Assembly: GCA_021791445.1 (NCBI GenBank)
Contig: JAJYWO010000010.1
Coordinates: forward strand, 1,304-65,303
Length of the DNA stretch: 64,000 bases
Reading direction: 5' to 3'
Origin: a bacterium
Lineage (GTDB): Bacteria > Patescibacteriota > Minisyncoccia > UBA6257 > UBA9933
Below are positions 17,416-27,629 of this stretch, piece by piece. The notes under the pieces were generated by a model. That model had not been told where the DNA came from and searched no databases. It worked only from the letters and a program-made list of their open reading frames with translations. Each line of letters starts with the position of its first letter. The stretch's first letter is position 1. Position numbers and translations under genes: made by a program.

Positions 17416-19512
17416 ATGAAGAAAAAATTTTTATTAAAAACATCCGCCGTTTTTTTGCTGATTTTTTTAACAGCGGCTTTTTGGGGACTTTTAAAAATTT
17501 CCCAAATCGCGCGGGAGTTGCCGGACCCGAAACAATTCAGCAGCCGCCAGGTCGCCCAATCAAGTAAAATTTATGACCGCACCGGCGAAGTTTTGCTTTA
17601 TGAAATTTACAATGAAGAAAAAAGAACAGTGGTTCCTTTTGAGGAAATTCCCGATTATGTAAGAAAAGCTACAATTTCAATTGAAGATAAAAATTTTTAC
17701 AGCCACAAAGGATTCAGCATCGCTTCCATAATCAAAGGCGCGATTATCGAACCGCTCATCGGCCGGCGCGACCGCGCCCGCGGCGGCTCAACCATTACCC
17801 AGCAATTGGCGAAAAACGCTTTTCTCAGCTCGGAAAGAACCGTCATCAGAAAAGTCAAAGAATTGATTTTGGCTTATTGGATTGAACAGCGGTATTCCAA
17901 AGACGAAATTCTGGAACTTTATCTTAACCAAATCCCTTACGGTTCAAACGCTTACGGCATTGAAGCCGCCAGCCAGATGTATTTAAGCAAATCCGCCAAA
18001 GACCTTAATTTGGCCGAAGCCGCGCTTTTAGCCAGTCTGCCAAAGGCGCCGACTTATTATTCTCCCTGGGGAATCCATAAAGAAGAATTACTGCAGCGCA
18101 AAGATTACACTTTGAAACAGATGCTTGATTTGGGATTTATTGACGACGAAGAATTTGAGCGCGCCGAAAAATTCCCCGTTAAATTCGCCGACCCCTCGCT
18201 CGGCGCCATTAAAGCGCCTCACTTCGTGATGATGGTTAAAGATTACTTGGCGAACAAATACGGCGAGGATTTTTTGGAAAAAGGCGGATTGAAAATCACC
18301 ACCACCCTTGATTATGAAATACAGCAAATCGCCGAACGGGTGGTTAAAGAAGGCGCCGAGCGCAACGAAGAATTGTATAAGGGCAAAAACGCCGCTTTGG
18401 TCGCCCAAGACCCGAAATCCGGAGAAATTATCGCCTTGGTCGGTTCACGAGATTGGTTTGATAAACAAAACGAAGGAAATTTTAACGTGGCGGTTCAAGG
18501 GTTGCGGCAACCGGGTTCGGCTTTTAAGCCGTTCGCTTATTTAACCGCTTTCAGCAAAGGATATTTCCCGGAAACTGTTGTTTTTGACGCGCCCACGGAA
18601 TTTGTGCCGAATAATCCCAATTGTCCGATAATTGTGGATTTTTCCAATGAAAACGACCAATGCTATCATCCGGAAAATTTTGACCATTACTTCCGCGGAC
18701 CGATAAATCTCCGCAACGCGCTCAGCCAATCAATAAACGTTCCGGCGGTAAAAATGCTTTATTTGGCCGGACTTGATAACACCATAAAAACCGCCAAAGA
18801 TTTCGGCATCACCACCTTAAAAGATTCCAATTTTTACGGCTTATCTTTGGTTTTGGGCGGAGGAGAAGTTAAACTAATCGACTTGATTAACGCTTATTCG
18901 GTTTTCAGCCAAGAAGGAGTGCGGCATAATCAAAAAATTGTTTTAAAAATAGAAGATGCCAAAGGCAAAGAAATAGAATCTTCATCCGACCAAGCGGTAC
19001 AGGTTTTTGAGCCGCGATACGTCAAAATGCTCAATGACGTTCTTTCCGACCCCGAAGCTCGCCGGCCGCTTTATTCCGGAAGTTTTGATTTGACTGTTTT
19101 TGACGACCGGCAAGTGGCCCTGAAAACAGGAACCACCAACGACTATCGCGACGCCTGGACAATCGGCTACACGCCTTATTTGGTTGCCGGAGTTTGGGCC
19201 GGCAACAACCACCAGGAACCGATGCAAAAAAACGCCGGCAGTATTTTGGCGGCTTTGCCGATTTGGAACGCTTTTATGAAAGAAGTTTTATTGAAATATC
19301 CGGCTGAACCGTTCAATAAGCCGGATGAAATAAATTTGGCGGAAATCCAAAAACCGATGCTTGACGGCTCTTACACTTACGACATTCACGATATTCTTTA
19401 TTATGTGGATAAAAACGATCCGCTTGGACCGATTCCCCAAAACCCATCCCGCGACCCCCAATTCATAAATTGGGAAACTTCTTCGCAAATTTGGTGGCAG
19501 AGGAGTAGTTAA
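17416..19512 (+). CDS. mrcA: Class A penicillin-binding protein (glycosyltransferase plus transpeptidase), PBP1A-like. The track start is 17389; the likely start is MKKKFLLK at 17416
   Basis: GT51 motifs EDKNFYSHKGF and GGSTITQQLAKN. Transpeptidase motifs SAFKPF, SQSIN and KTGTT. Confidence 0.92.
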   Translation: MKKKFLLKTSAVFLLIFLTAAFWGLLKISQIARELPDPKQFSSRQVAQSSKIYDRTGEVLLYEIYNEEKRTVVPFEEIPDYVRKATISIEDKNFYSHKGFSIASIIKGAIIEPLIGRRDRARGGSTITQQLAKNAFLSSERTVIRKVKELILAYWIEQRYSKDEILELYLNQIPYGSNAYGIEAASQMYLSKSAKDLNLAEAALLASLPKAPTYYSPWGIHKEELLQRKDYTLKQMLDLGFIDDEEFERAEKFPVKFADPSLGAIKAPHFVMMVKDYLANKYGEDFLEKGGLKITTTLDYEIQQIAERVVKEGAERNEELYKGKNAALVAQDPKSGEIIALVGSRDWFDKQNEGNFNVAVQGLRQPGSAFKPFAYLTAFSKGYFPETVVFDAPTEFVPNNPNCPIIVDFSNENDQCYHPENFDHYFRGPINLRNALSQSINVPAVKMLYLAGLDNTIKTAKDFGITTLKDSNFYGLSLVLGGGEVKLIDLINAYSVFSQEGVRHNQKIVLKIEDAKGKEIESSSDQAVQVFEPRYVKMLNDVLSDPEARRPLYSGSFDLTVFDDRQVALKTGTTNDYRDAWTIGYTPYLVAGVWAGNNHQEPMQKNAGSILAALPIWNAFMKEVLLKYPAEPFNKPDEINLAEIQKPMLDGSYTYDIHDILYYVDKNDPLGPIPQNPSRDPQFINWETSSQIWWQRSS

Positions 19513-19538
19513 TATTTAAATATTTAAACGTTTAAATA

Positions 19539-20660
19539 TCACGATTTAATAGGCATTAAAATATAAATCCAAGATTCGTCTTGCGGCGATTTTATGAGCG
19601 CGGGCTTGCTCAAATCATTCAAACCCAAAAAAATATTTTCCGATTTTATATTTTTCAATCCGTCCAAAAGAAAACGCCAATTGAAAGAAATTTCCATTTG
19701 GTTTTCCGCCATTTTTTGAATTTTCGCCGGCACCAAATATTTATTTTCTCCGACACTTTGGCTGGCGGAAAAAATTTCAACATTTTTCGCGTCTTTATTG
19801 ATGATAATTTTTATTTCATTGAATTTGTCGCTGAAAACGCTGCTTAATTTCACGGCGTTAATCAATTCTTCGGCGTTTAAAATTATTTCATTGGCGATGT
19901 TTTTCGGAATAATTTGCTGATAATCGGGAAATTCACCGTTAATCAGCCGGGAAATTATTTCCGTATTTTCCGTTTTAAACAAAACTTGGTTTTGGTCGAT
20001 GTAAATTTTCGTTTCTTGGCTTTCATTTGATTGAATTTCTTTAATAACTTCTTGAATGGTTTTTAGGGGAATGATTACTTTGAAATTACCGTCAAAATTG
20101 GATTCAAAATGATTATTGGCGATTGTTTTTTCCGAAAGCCGAAATGTGTCGGTGGCCGCCAATTTTAATATTGTTATTTGAAAATCAAACAATATTCCGC
20201 TTAATTCCGGCCGATTGTCGGCTGTGGCGGAATTTACCGCGGAAATCAACGCGTTTTTTAATAAAGAATTTTTAATTTTAATAAATTGCTTTATATTTCC
20301 TATTTGGGGAATTATCGGGAATTCCTCTTTTTTAATCCCTTGAATCTCCGCCTGATAATTGTCGGTTTTAATTATTAATTTATCTTTTTTTAATTCCAGA
20401 TTTATTTTTTCAACTTGAAGATTATTAATAATGGAATTAAAAATATTCAACGGAATCGTAACGCTTCCATTCTCGATAATTTTACCGGAAATAAAAGTAG
20501 TGATTCCTAATTCCAGATTGGTCGCCGCCAATTTTATTTTATTATCAATGGTTTCTATTAGAAAATTTTTAAGAATCGGCAAAGATGGATTTTCCGCGCA
20601 AATTCTTTCAATCGACCGCAATCCGTCTTTTAGATTTTTTTTAAGAATAATCAGTTTCAT
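19539..20660 (-). CDS. dnaN: DNA polymerase III beta sliding clamp
   Basis: ~373 aa, three-domain clamp pattern. Lies downstream of dnaA. Confidence 0.88.
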   Translation of the reverse strand: MKLIILKKNLKDGLRSIERICAENPSLPILKNFLIETIDNKIKLAATNLELGITTFISGKIIENGSVTIPLNIFNSIINNLQVEKINLELKKDKLIIKTDNYQAEIQGIKKEEFPIIPQIGNIKQFIKIKNSLLKNALISAVNSATADNRPELSGILFDFQITILKLAATDTFRLSEKTIANNHFESNFDGNFKVIIPLKTIQEVIKEIQSNESQETKIYIDQNQVLFKTENTEIISRLINGEFPDYQQIIPKNIANEIILNAEELINAVKLSSVFSDKFNEIKIIINKDAKNVEIFSASQSVGENKYLVPAKIQKMAENQMEISFNWRFLLDGLKNIKSENIFLGLNDLSKPALIKSPQDESWIYILMPIKS

Positions 20661-20809
20661 AATAGTAATTAATATATTTAAATTAGTTGTTTTAGTAGTA
20701 TAAGCGCAATTTGGGGAAAAGTAAAAATAGTTTATATTTTTCCTTTAAATCTTTAAATATTTAAATATTTTTTATTGTTTATTATTTGTGGAAAGTCGGG
20801 GAAAACTTT

Positions 20810-22171
20810 TTAGGAATTTTCATTGATTATTTCCTTTAATAATATTATTTTTTGGTTTAATGAATGATTTTTGTTTATTTCTTTGGATATTTTTTCATAA
20901 GAATGAATTATTGTAGTGTGGTCTCTTTTTCCCAACTTTTCCCCAATGTCGGGATAAGACATCCCCAACATTTCCCTTAAAAGAAAAATCACTATTTGCC
21001 TCGGCTCCATGGCGGACTTTCTTCTTGATTGGCCGGAAATGTCGCTTATTGGAATTTCAAAATACACAGCAACGGAATTGATTATTTGGTTTGGGGTTAT
21101 TTTTCTGCCCGACTGCTGGATTACATTATTGATTATTTCTTCGGCGGTTTTGGGGTCCAGGTCGACATTTTTTACTTCTTTGTAAAAAAGTATTTTATTT
21201 AAAATACCTTCTATTTCCCTGATGTTCCTTTGGACTTTTAAGGCGATTATTTCGCAGATATTATCCGGCAAGTCGCCTTTTATTTCCGCCAATTTGGTTT
21301 TAATAATCGCCAGCCGCATTTCATAATCCGGATAGGTGATATCCGCCGCCATTCCGCCTTCAAAACGCGAACGCAATCTTTCGTGAAGCGTCGGAATCGC
21401 CGCCGGCGCCCGGTCCGAAGAAATTATTATTTGTTTGTTGTTTTCGTACAAAACATTAAAGGTATGGAAAAATTCTTCTTCGCTCCTTTCTTTGCCGCCG
21501 ATAAATTGGATATCGTCAATGATTAAAACGTCGATATTTCTGTATTTATTTTTAAGGTCCTCCATTCTTTTATTGCGGATGGCGGTTACCACTTCATTGA
21601 CGAATTTTTCCGAGTGGACGTATTTTACTTTAATTTTATTTTTATAAGTTTTTTTAATTTCATTTCCTACTCCTTGGATCATATGAGTTTTTCCCAAACC
21701 CGTGCCGCCGTAAATAAAAAACGGGTTGTATTTTTTTCCGATGTTTTTAATCACCGCCAAACTGGCGGCGTAAGCCAATTCATTGGACGAACCGACGATG
21801 AAAGAATCTAATTTATATCGCGGATGCAGTCCGGACTCCGGATCAATTTTTAATTCGGGGATGGTCGGCTGCTTGATTTCAAAACCGTCGGCGACATTAT
21901 TAAACAGCGACACTTTGTTTTCAATAACCGTGTATTCTATTTTTTTAATGGTGTCATCGTAATTTTTTAAAATTTCAAAAATAACCTTGTGGTATTTGTT
22001 TTTTACCCATTCTTTGGAAAAATTATTGGCCAAGCCGATGATTATTTCGCCATCTTTCTTTTTTTCAACTAAAGAACTGTTTTTAAACCAGGTTAGAAAA
22101 TTAGGCCTTGAAATTTGAAGTTCTATTTCCGATAAAGTTGTTTGCCAAAGTTGATTGAGGTCCATTATCAA
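20810..22171 (-). CDS. dnaA: Chromosomal replication initiator DnaA
   Basis: Walker A GGTGLGKTHM, AAA+ core, C-terminal DnaA signature helix (LREMLGMSYPDIGEKLGKRDHTTIIHSYEKI). Confidence 0.95.
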   Translation of the reverse strand: MIMDLNQLWQTTLSEIELQISRPNFLTWFKNSSLVEKKKDGEIIIGLANNFSKEWVKNKYHKVIFEILKNYDDTIKKIEYTVIENKVSLFNNVADGFEIKQPTIPELKIDPESGLHPRYKLDSFIVGSSNELAYAASLAVIKNIGKKYNPFFIYGGTGLGKTHMIQGVGNEIKKTYKNKIKVKYVHSEKFVNEVVTAIRNKRMEDLKNKYRNIDVLIIDDIQFIGGKERSEEEFFHTFNVLYENNKQIIISSDRAPAAIPTLHERLRSRFEGGMAADITYPDYEMRLAIIKTKLAEIKGDLPDNICEIIALKVQRNIREIEGILNKILFYKEVKNVDLDPKTAEEIINNVIQQSGRKITPNQIINSVAVYFEIPISDISGQSRRKSAMEPRQIVIFLLREMLGMSYPDIGEKLGKRDHTTIIHSYEKISKEINKNHSLNQKIILLKEIINENS

Positions 22172-22179
22172 CTTATTTT

Positions 22180-23979
22180 ATGGAGGGTTGTTTTAATGTC
22201 AAACAGCGAATTTTTAACATTATGTGGATTGCCTGTGGAAAACTATTTCTATATAATAAGAGTGTGAAAACATTAGCCGACATAAAAAGTCAGTTGACCA
22301 AAGCGCGGCGCGAGGCCGAAGAGCGCGACGCCAAGCGCGTGGCGGAAAAAAACAATCTTCCTTACGCGGATATGTCCGCGAAGCCGGTGAGCGTTGAAGC
22401 GCTTAATTTGATTCCTGAAGAAATCGCGAAAAAAAACAAAATCGCGGTCATTGAGGCTCTTAAAGGTAAAGCGGCGATAGTTGTTTGCGATCCTAACAGC
22501 GAGGGCGTGAAACAAATTCTCAAAGAAATTGAATTAAAAGGTTATAAGCCGGCGATTTTTGTGGTTTCAGAATATAGTTTCAATCGCGTTTTGAATTTTT
22601 ATAAATTTGTTTCCCAAAAACAGGAAAAAATATCCGGAAAAATTGAAACAGGAAAAGAAATGGGTTTAAATTCTTTGAAAAAAATCGAAGAAGCGCTGAA
22701 AACAATTCCTTTTAACACTTTAAATGTCGGAAAAATTTTTGAAATTGTTTTAAACGGCGCGCTGGCGAACAGGGCGTCGGATATTCACTTTGAACCTGAA
22801 GAAAAAATTGTGAAATTAAGATTAAGAATTGACGGAGCGCTTCATGATGTTTTGAACGACATTAACAAAGAATTTTATTCAGCCTTGCTTTCGCGGATAA
22901 AATTGCTGTCCAATTTAAAAATCAATGTCCGCGATGAAGCTCAAGACGGCAGGTTCACAATAAAATCAGTCAGTAAGGAAATAGAAGTGAGAGTGGCGAT
23001 CGCGCCTTCGGAGTTTGGCGAAGTGGCGGTTATGAGAATTCTTGATCCGGATGCCATCAGTTTGTCTTTATCCGATTTGGGGCTGCGCGACGACGATTTA
23101 AAAATAATCGAAGCGGAGTTGAAAAGGCCCAACGGAATGATTCTCAATACCGGTCCGACCGGCTCCGGAAAAACGACAACGCTTTACGCTTTTTTAAAAC
23201 ACAAGAAAAATCCGGAAATAAAAATAATCACCATTGAAGACCCGATTGAATATCATTTAGAGGGCATTGAACAGACGCAAGTTGACGAGGAGGCGGGTTA
23301 TACTTTTGCCAACGGGCTGCGTTCATTGATGCGGCAGGACCCGGATATTATTCTGGTCGGTGAAATGCGCGACAAGGAAACTTCGGAAATCGGCATTCAA
23401 GCGGCTTTAACCGGCCATTTGGTTTTTTCCACGATTCACGCCAATTCCGCGGCCGCGGCCATCCCCCGGCTTTTGGACTTGGGAGTAAAGCCGACCAGCA
23501 TCGGTCCGGCGTTAAATCTGGTGATTGCCCAAAGGCTGGTGCGCCGGCTTTGCCAAAATTGCAAAGCTTCGGCGGAAATTTCCGGAGATTTGCGGATAAA
23601 AATAGAAAAGTTTTTAAGCGATTTGCCGACAAGAGTTAATAAAGGGAATTATAAAGATATTAAAATTTTCAGTCCGTCGGAGAACGGCTGCGAAAAATGC
23701 AACAACTCTAAATATAAGGGCAGGGTGGCGATTTACGAACTGCTTTTAAACGACCCGGAATACGAAAAAATTATGGCTGGCGAAAAAGCGGAAGAATTGT
23801 CCTCGCATAAAGAATTGGAAGAATTGATTTTACAGCAAGCCGGCGAAACCGCCATTAAAAAATTCAGCCAAGAACAAGGAATGGTGACTATGCAAGAGGA
23901 CGGAATTTTAAAAGTGATTTCCGGGATGACGACATTTGAGGAAGTGGAATCAATGACAGGATCAATAATTTGGAAATAA
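22180..23979 (+). CDS. pilB: Type IV pilus / type II secretion assembly ATPase (PilB/GspE family). The real start is probably downstream, for example GTG 22261 giving MKTLADIKSQL, which would leave a dnaA-pilB intergenic region
   Basis: GspE N-domain (LPYADMS...VVCDP), Walker A GPTGSGKTTT, Asp/His boxes, tetracysteine CQNCK...CEKCNNS. Confidence 0.9.
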   Translation: MEGCFNVKQRIFNIMWIACGKLFLYNKSVKTLADIKSQLTKARREAEERDAKRVAEKNNLPYADMSAKPVSVEALNLIPEEIAKKNKIAVIEALKGKAAIVVCDPNSEGVKQILKEIELKGYKPAIFVVSEYSFNRVLNFYKFVSQKQEKISGKIETGKEMGLNSLKKIEEALKTIPFNTLNVGKIFEIVLNGALANRASDIHFEPEEKIVKLRLRIDGALHDVLNDINKEFYSALLSRIKLLSNLKINVRDEAQDGRFTIKSVSKEIEVRVAIAPSEFGEVAVMRILDPDAISLSLSDLGLRDDDLKIIEAELKRPNGMILNTGPTGSGKTTTLYAFLKHKKNPEIKIITIEDPIEYHLEGIEQTQVDEEAGYTFANGLRSLMRQDPDIILVGEMRDKETSEIGIQAALTGHLVFSTIHANSAAAAIPRLLDLGVKPTSIGPALNLVIAQRLVRRLCQNCKASAEISGDLRIKIEKFLSDLPTRVNKGNYKDIKIFSPSENGCEKCNNSKYKGRVAIYELLLNDPEYEKIMAGEKAEELSSHKELEELILQQAGETAIKKFSQEQGMVTMQEDGILKVISGMTTFEEVESMTGSIIWK

Positions 23980-24147
23980 AAAAACCGCTTGGTTCTGTGG
24001 GCACTATTTAAAACTCATACCGAAGGTAAAGAGATTAGAATTGTTTCGAGGATGGGTTCAGCCGAAACCGAACCGTCCGAAACTAAAAACAATTCCTTCT
24101 TTGCCCACAGGACCAAACGGCCTTAATTTAAAATCAACATAGCATAT

Positions 24148-25137
24148 ATGCCAAAAAAAGTCAAGACTTCTAAAAATATTATCAAGGATGACCAGTTTAT
24201 TGATTCTTTTTTGCGTCCGAAGACGTTCAACGATTATATTGGACAGGGAAAAATAAAAAAAGGGCTGGAAATAATCCTGAAAGCCGCTCAAAAAAGGAGG
24301 GAATCCATAGACCATCTGCTTTTTTACGGCCAACCCGGATTGGGTAAAACAACCTTGGCAACGCTTGTTGCCGGCGAAACAGGCGCGAATTTAAGGATTG
24401 TTTCCGCGCCGAGCTTAAATCGGACGGGCGATTTGGCCGCTCTACTTACCAATCTTGAAGAACGCGATGTCCTTTTTATTGACGAAGCGCATCGGCTTAA
24501 TCCGGCGGTGGAAGAGGTTTTCTATTCCGCCATGGACAGCGGCAGATTAAATATAACAATCGGCAAAGGTCCGTCAAGTCGGATTATCCCCATAGATTTG
24601 CCGCCGTTCACTTTAATCGCCGCCACCACCAGAATCAATCTGATTTCTTCGCCTTTGCGCTCCCGTTTTGGCGCGATTTTCCGATTGGATTATTATAATA
24701 ATGAAGAAATTAACACAATCATAGAGCGGTCGGCGGATATTTTGAAAATCAAAATCGCTTTGGATGCGGTTTCAACAATCGCCAAAGCGTCGCGCTTCAC
24801 TCCGCGCTTGGCGAACAGATTGCTTAAGCGCTCAAGAGATATCGCCGAAGTCAATGATATAAGAGTTATTAAAAGGGAAATCGTTTTGGAGGCGTTTGAT
24901 ATGTTGGGAATTGACGAAATGGGATTGGAAATTCACGACCGCCGTTTATTGGAAATTATGATTGAAAAATTCGGCAACCGGCCCGTCGGCATAAATTCTT
25001 TAGCAGCCAGTTTGGGCGAAGATAAAGACACGATCGAAGAAATTTACGAGCCGTATCTTTTAAAAATCGGATTCATTCAGCGCACTCCGTCAGGCAGAAT
25101 CGCCACTTCCGAGGCCAAAAAATGGTTGGGGTATTAA
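24148..25137 (+). CDS. ruvB: Holliday junction branch-migration helicase RuvB
   Basis: Walker A GQPGLGKTTLA, LFIDEAHRL, C-terminal winged helix. Confidence 0.93.
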   Translation: MPKKVKTSKNIIKDDQFIDSFLRPKTFNDYIGQGKIKKGLEIILKAAQKRRESIDHLLFYGQPGLGKTTLATLVAGETGANLRIVSAPSLNRTGDLAALLTNLEERDVLFIDEAHRLNPAVEEVFYSAMDSGRLNITIGKGPSSRIIPIDLPPFTLIAATTRINLISSPLRSRFGAIFRLDYYNNEEINTIIERSADILKIKIALDAVSTIAKASRFTPRLANRLLKRSRDIAEVNDIRVIKREIVLEAFDMLGIDEMGLEIHDRRLLEIMIEKFGNRPVGINSLAASLGEDKDTIEEIYEPYLLKIGFIQRTPSGRIATSEAKKWLGY

Positions 25138-25217
25138 ATTTATTTAAAAATAAAAAACGCGGGTGGCGTTTTTTATTTTTTGCTTTTCTGCGGAGAATTG
25201 TGATAAAATGTTTTTAA

Positions 25218-25556
25218 ATGGAAAATAATTCTCAAAAACCGGATATTGAAATTAGGACAATGAAATCTGACATTGAGGCGATGAAAGCCGGCGGCGGAGA
25301 CGCGACCGGAACGCAATTCGTGAAATTGGCGGAAGACAAAATTCCGAAAACTCCGGAAGAAATAAAAATCAGCATCAAAGCGCCGGGATACGCCGGAGAA
25401 GAAAAAGGAATTTTTTCAGCGTCCGGAGAAATAAAAGCCGTACAAGCCGCGTCCTCAAAAATTCCTTTTAAAACAATCGCCATTGTTTTGATTTCCATTT
25501 TAGCGGTTGCGGGCCTGGGATATTTGGCGTATAATGTAGCATTAAAATTATTATGA
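25218..25556 (+). CDS. Hypothetical protein with a C-terminal TM anchor
   Basis: 112-aa ORF. The only hydrophobic segment, IAIVLISILAVAGLGYLAYNVAL, is at the C-terminus. Confidence 0.45.
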   Translation: MENNSQKPDIEIRTMKSDIEAMKAGGGDATGTQFVKLAEDKIPKTPEEIKISIKAPGYAGEEKGIFSASGEIKAVQAASSKIPFKTIAIVLISILAVAGLGYLAYNVALKLL

Positions 25557-25870
25557 ATAAATTCCAACATCAACTTGAAAAAGAAAAAAAGGAAATTCTG
25601 GAAGAATTGAAAAAACACGAAGGAATCACGGATTTCGGCAGCGATGTTGACCCGGATGAGGAAACCAGCGAATCGGAAGAATATGAAAATGAAATGTCCG
25701 TAAAGCAGGCGCTAAAAGAACGTTTGTCCGACATTGAGACCGCCTTGAAAAAAATCAATAATGGGAATTACGGAATTTGCGAGAATTGCAAAGGGGAAAT
25801 ATCCGAAAATGTTCTTGAAATAAATCCGGAATCAAGATTGTGCAAGAAATGTAAAGCGACAGTAAAATAA
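25553..25870 (+). CDS. DksA/TraR-family C4 zinc-finger transcription factor
   Basis: Acidic coiled-coil N-terminus, then CENCKGEI...CKKCK. Confidence 0.7.
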   Translation: MNKFQHQLEKEKKEILEELKKHEGITDFGSDVDPDEETSESEEYENEMSVKQALKERLSDIETALKKINNGNYGICENCKGEISENVLEINPESRLCKKCKATVK

Positions 25871-25971
25871 TTTCAAATTTTGAATTTTAATTAAATTTTA
25901 ATTGATTGAATTTTAAATTAAAATTAAGTCATTAAGTCATTTATTTAAAATTAGAAATTTAAAATTTTATT

Positions 25972-27528
25972 ATGGCTAAAAATTTCTCCAAAGTTTTTTC
26001 CGCGGAACTTGAAGGGATTGACGCCAAGCTTATTGAAGTGGAAACCGACATTAACGTCGGTCTTCATTCGTTTAACATCGTCGGCTTGGCGGATAAAGCG
26101 CTGAAAGAAGCCAAAGAGCGGGTGAGCTCGGCTTTGAAAAATTCCGGAATTAAGCCGCCGACGAAAGAAAACAGGAAAATTACCGTCAATCTCGCGCCCG
26201 CGGATATTAAAAAAACCGGTTCGCAATACGATTTGGCGATTGCCGCCGGTTATTTGTTGGCGACCAAACAAATCAAGCCGTTTGAAACCAAAGATAAAAT
26301 TTTCGTGGGCGAACTTTCTTTGGACGGAGAATTGCGGCCGATTTCCGGGAGTTTGAGCATTAGCCGTTTGGCGAAAAAGTTGGGATTCAAATTTTTATTT
26401 TTGCCGAAAGAAAACGCGGCCGAAGCCGCGATTATCAAGGGGGTGGGCGCGGTTCCGGTTTCAAATTTAACTGAACTTATCGATTATCTTGAAGGCAGGA
26501 AAGAAATAGTTTCCCAAAAGCCATTGAAAATCGGATTAGGGCGAGAAGAAAAATCAACGATAAATATCAGCGACATTAAAGGCCAAGAAAGCGCCAAACG
26601 CGCTTTAGCGGTTGCCGCGGCCGGAGGCCATAATATTTTAATGTTCGGGCCGCCCGGAGCCGGCAAAACAATGCTCGCCCAGGCTTTGGTTTCCATATTG
26701 CCGGAACCGTCGCTTGATGAAATTATTGAAACAACGCAGATTTACAGCGCCGCCGGCGCTTTGGCCAATCTGCCGTTTGTGAATTTCCGGCCATTTCGGG
26801 CGCCGCATCATTCAGCTTCAATGGTTTCAGTTATTGGCGGCGGCACGAATCTTAAACCCGGGGAAATAAGCTTGGCGCATCGCGGTGTTTTGTTTCTTGA
26901 TGAAATTCCGGAATTTCGGCGCGATCTTTTGGAATCTTTGCGCCAACCATTGGAAAGCGGCAGCGTTTGTATTTCCCGCGCCAAAGGTTCGTTGGATTTT
27001 CCCGCAAGGTTTTCTTTAGTGGCGGCGATGAATCCCTGCCCTTGCGGATATTTCGGAGTGGAAACTCCGGAAAAAGAATGCCGTTGCACCGCCAACGAAG
27101 TTTTTCGTTACCAGAAAAAAATTTCCGGTCCGCTTTTGGACAGAATTGACATTCAAATTGAAGTGCCGCGTTTGAAAATAGAAGAATTAAGAAGTGAAGT
27201 TTCGGCCAAAGAAAGCGATAAAAGCGAAAAAATAAAAGAAGCGGTTTTAAAAGCGCGCGAAATTCAAAAAGAGCGTTTTGCGAAAATCAGGCCGAAAATT
27301 TATTTGAATTCCGAAATGAGTTCAAAAATGGTTGACGCAATGATTGATATCGCCGCCGACGCGGAATCTTTTTTGAAAAATATGATGGAAAAGTCTTTTA
27401 TTTCCGCCAGAGGGTATTATCGGGTTTTGAAAATCGCCAGAACAATCGCGGACTTGGAAAATTTTAAAAATGTTCGCAGCCATCATTTGGCGGAAGCGTT
27501 TCAATACAGAGTAAGAGAGAAAGAGTAG
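25972..27528 (+). CDS. comM: YifB/ComM family Mg-chelatase-like AAA+ ATPase
   Basis: Lon-like N-domain, Walker A MFGPPGAGKTMLA, C-terminal ChlI-like region. Confidence 0.88.
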   Translation: MAKNFSKVFSAELEGIDAKLIEVETDINVGLHSFNIVGLADKALKEAKERVSSALKNSGIKPPTKENRKITVNLAPADIKKTGSQYDLAIAAGYLLATKQIKPFETKDKIFVGELSLDGELRPISGSLSISRLAKKLGFKFLFLPKENAAEAAIIKGVGAVPVSNLTELIDYLEGRKEIVSQKPLKIGLGREEKSTINISDIKGQESAKRALAVAAAGGHNILMFGPPGAGKTMLAQALVSILPEPSLDEIIETTQIYSAAGALANLPFVNFRPFRAPHHSASMVSVIGGGTNLKPGEISLAHRGVLFLDEIPEFRRDLLESLRQPLESGSVCISRAKGSLDFPARFSLVAAMNPCPCGYFGVETPEKECRCTANEVFRYQKKISGPLLDRIDIQIEVPRLKIEELRSEVSAKESDKSEKIKEAVLKAREIQKERFAKIRPKIYLNSEMSSKMVDAMIDIAADAESFLKNMMEKSFISARGYYRVLKIARTIADLENFKNVRSHHLAEAFQYRVREKE

Positions 27529-27540
27529 GTTGGCGATTGA

Positions 27541-27625
27541 AAAATTATTTCTTTAACCCGCTCACGCTTCGCCTACGGCGGGACTGCGCTTCCGTTAAGG
27601 TTTCAGAAATAATTTTTCAATCGCT
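27541..27625. repeat. GC-rich hairpin element, copy 2 (reverse complement orientation of 3437-3528), between the convergent comM and M23-peptidase genes
   Basis: Shared string aaaattatttctgaaaccttaacggaagcgcag(c/t)cccgc ... gtgagcgggtt(g/a)aagaaataatttt. The central hairpin differs with compensating changes. Confidence 0.7.
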
Positions 27626-27629
27626 TTAT

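Noticed and set aside
25218-25870. Possible small toxin-antitoxin pair (overlapping 112-aa and 105-aa ORFs)
   Set aside because: The second ORF is a clear DksA/TraR zinc-finger protein. The first is a tail-anchored membrane protein. There is no TA-like feature.
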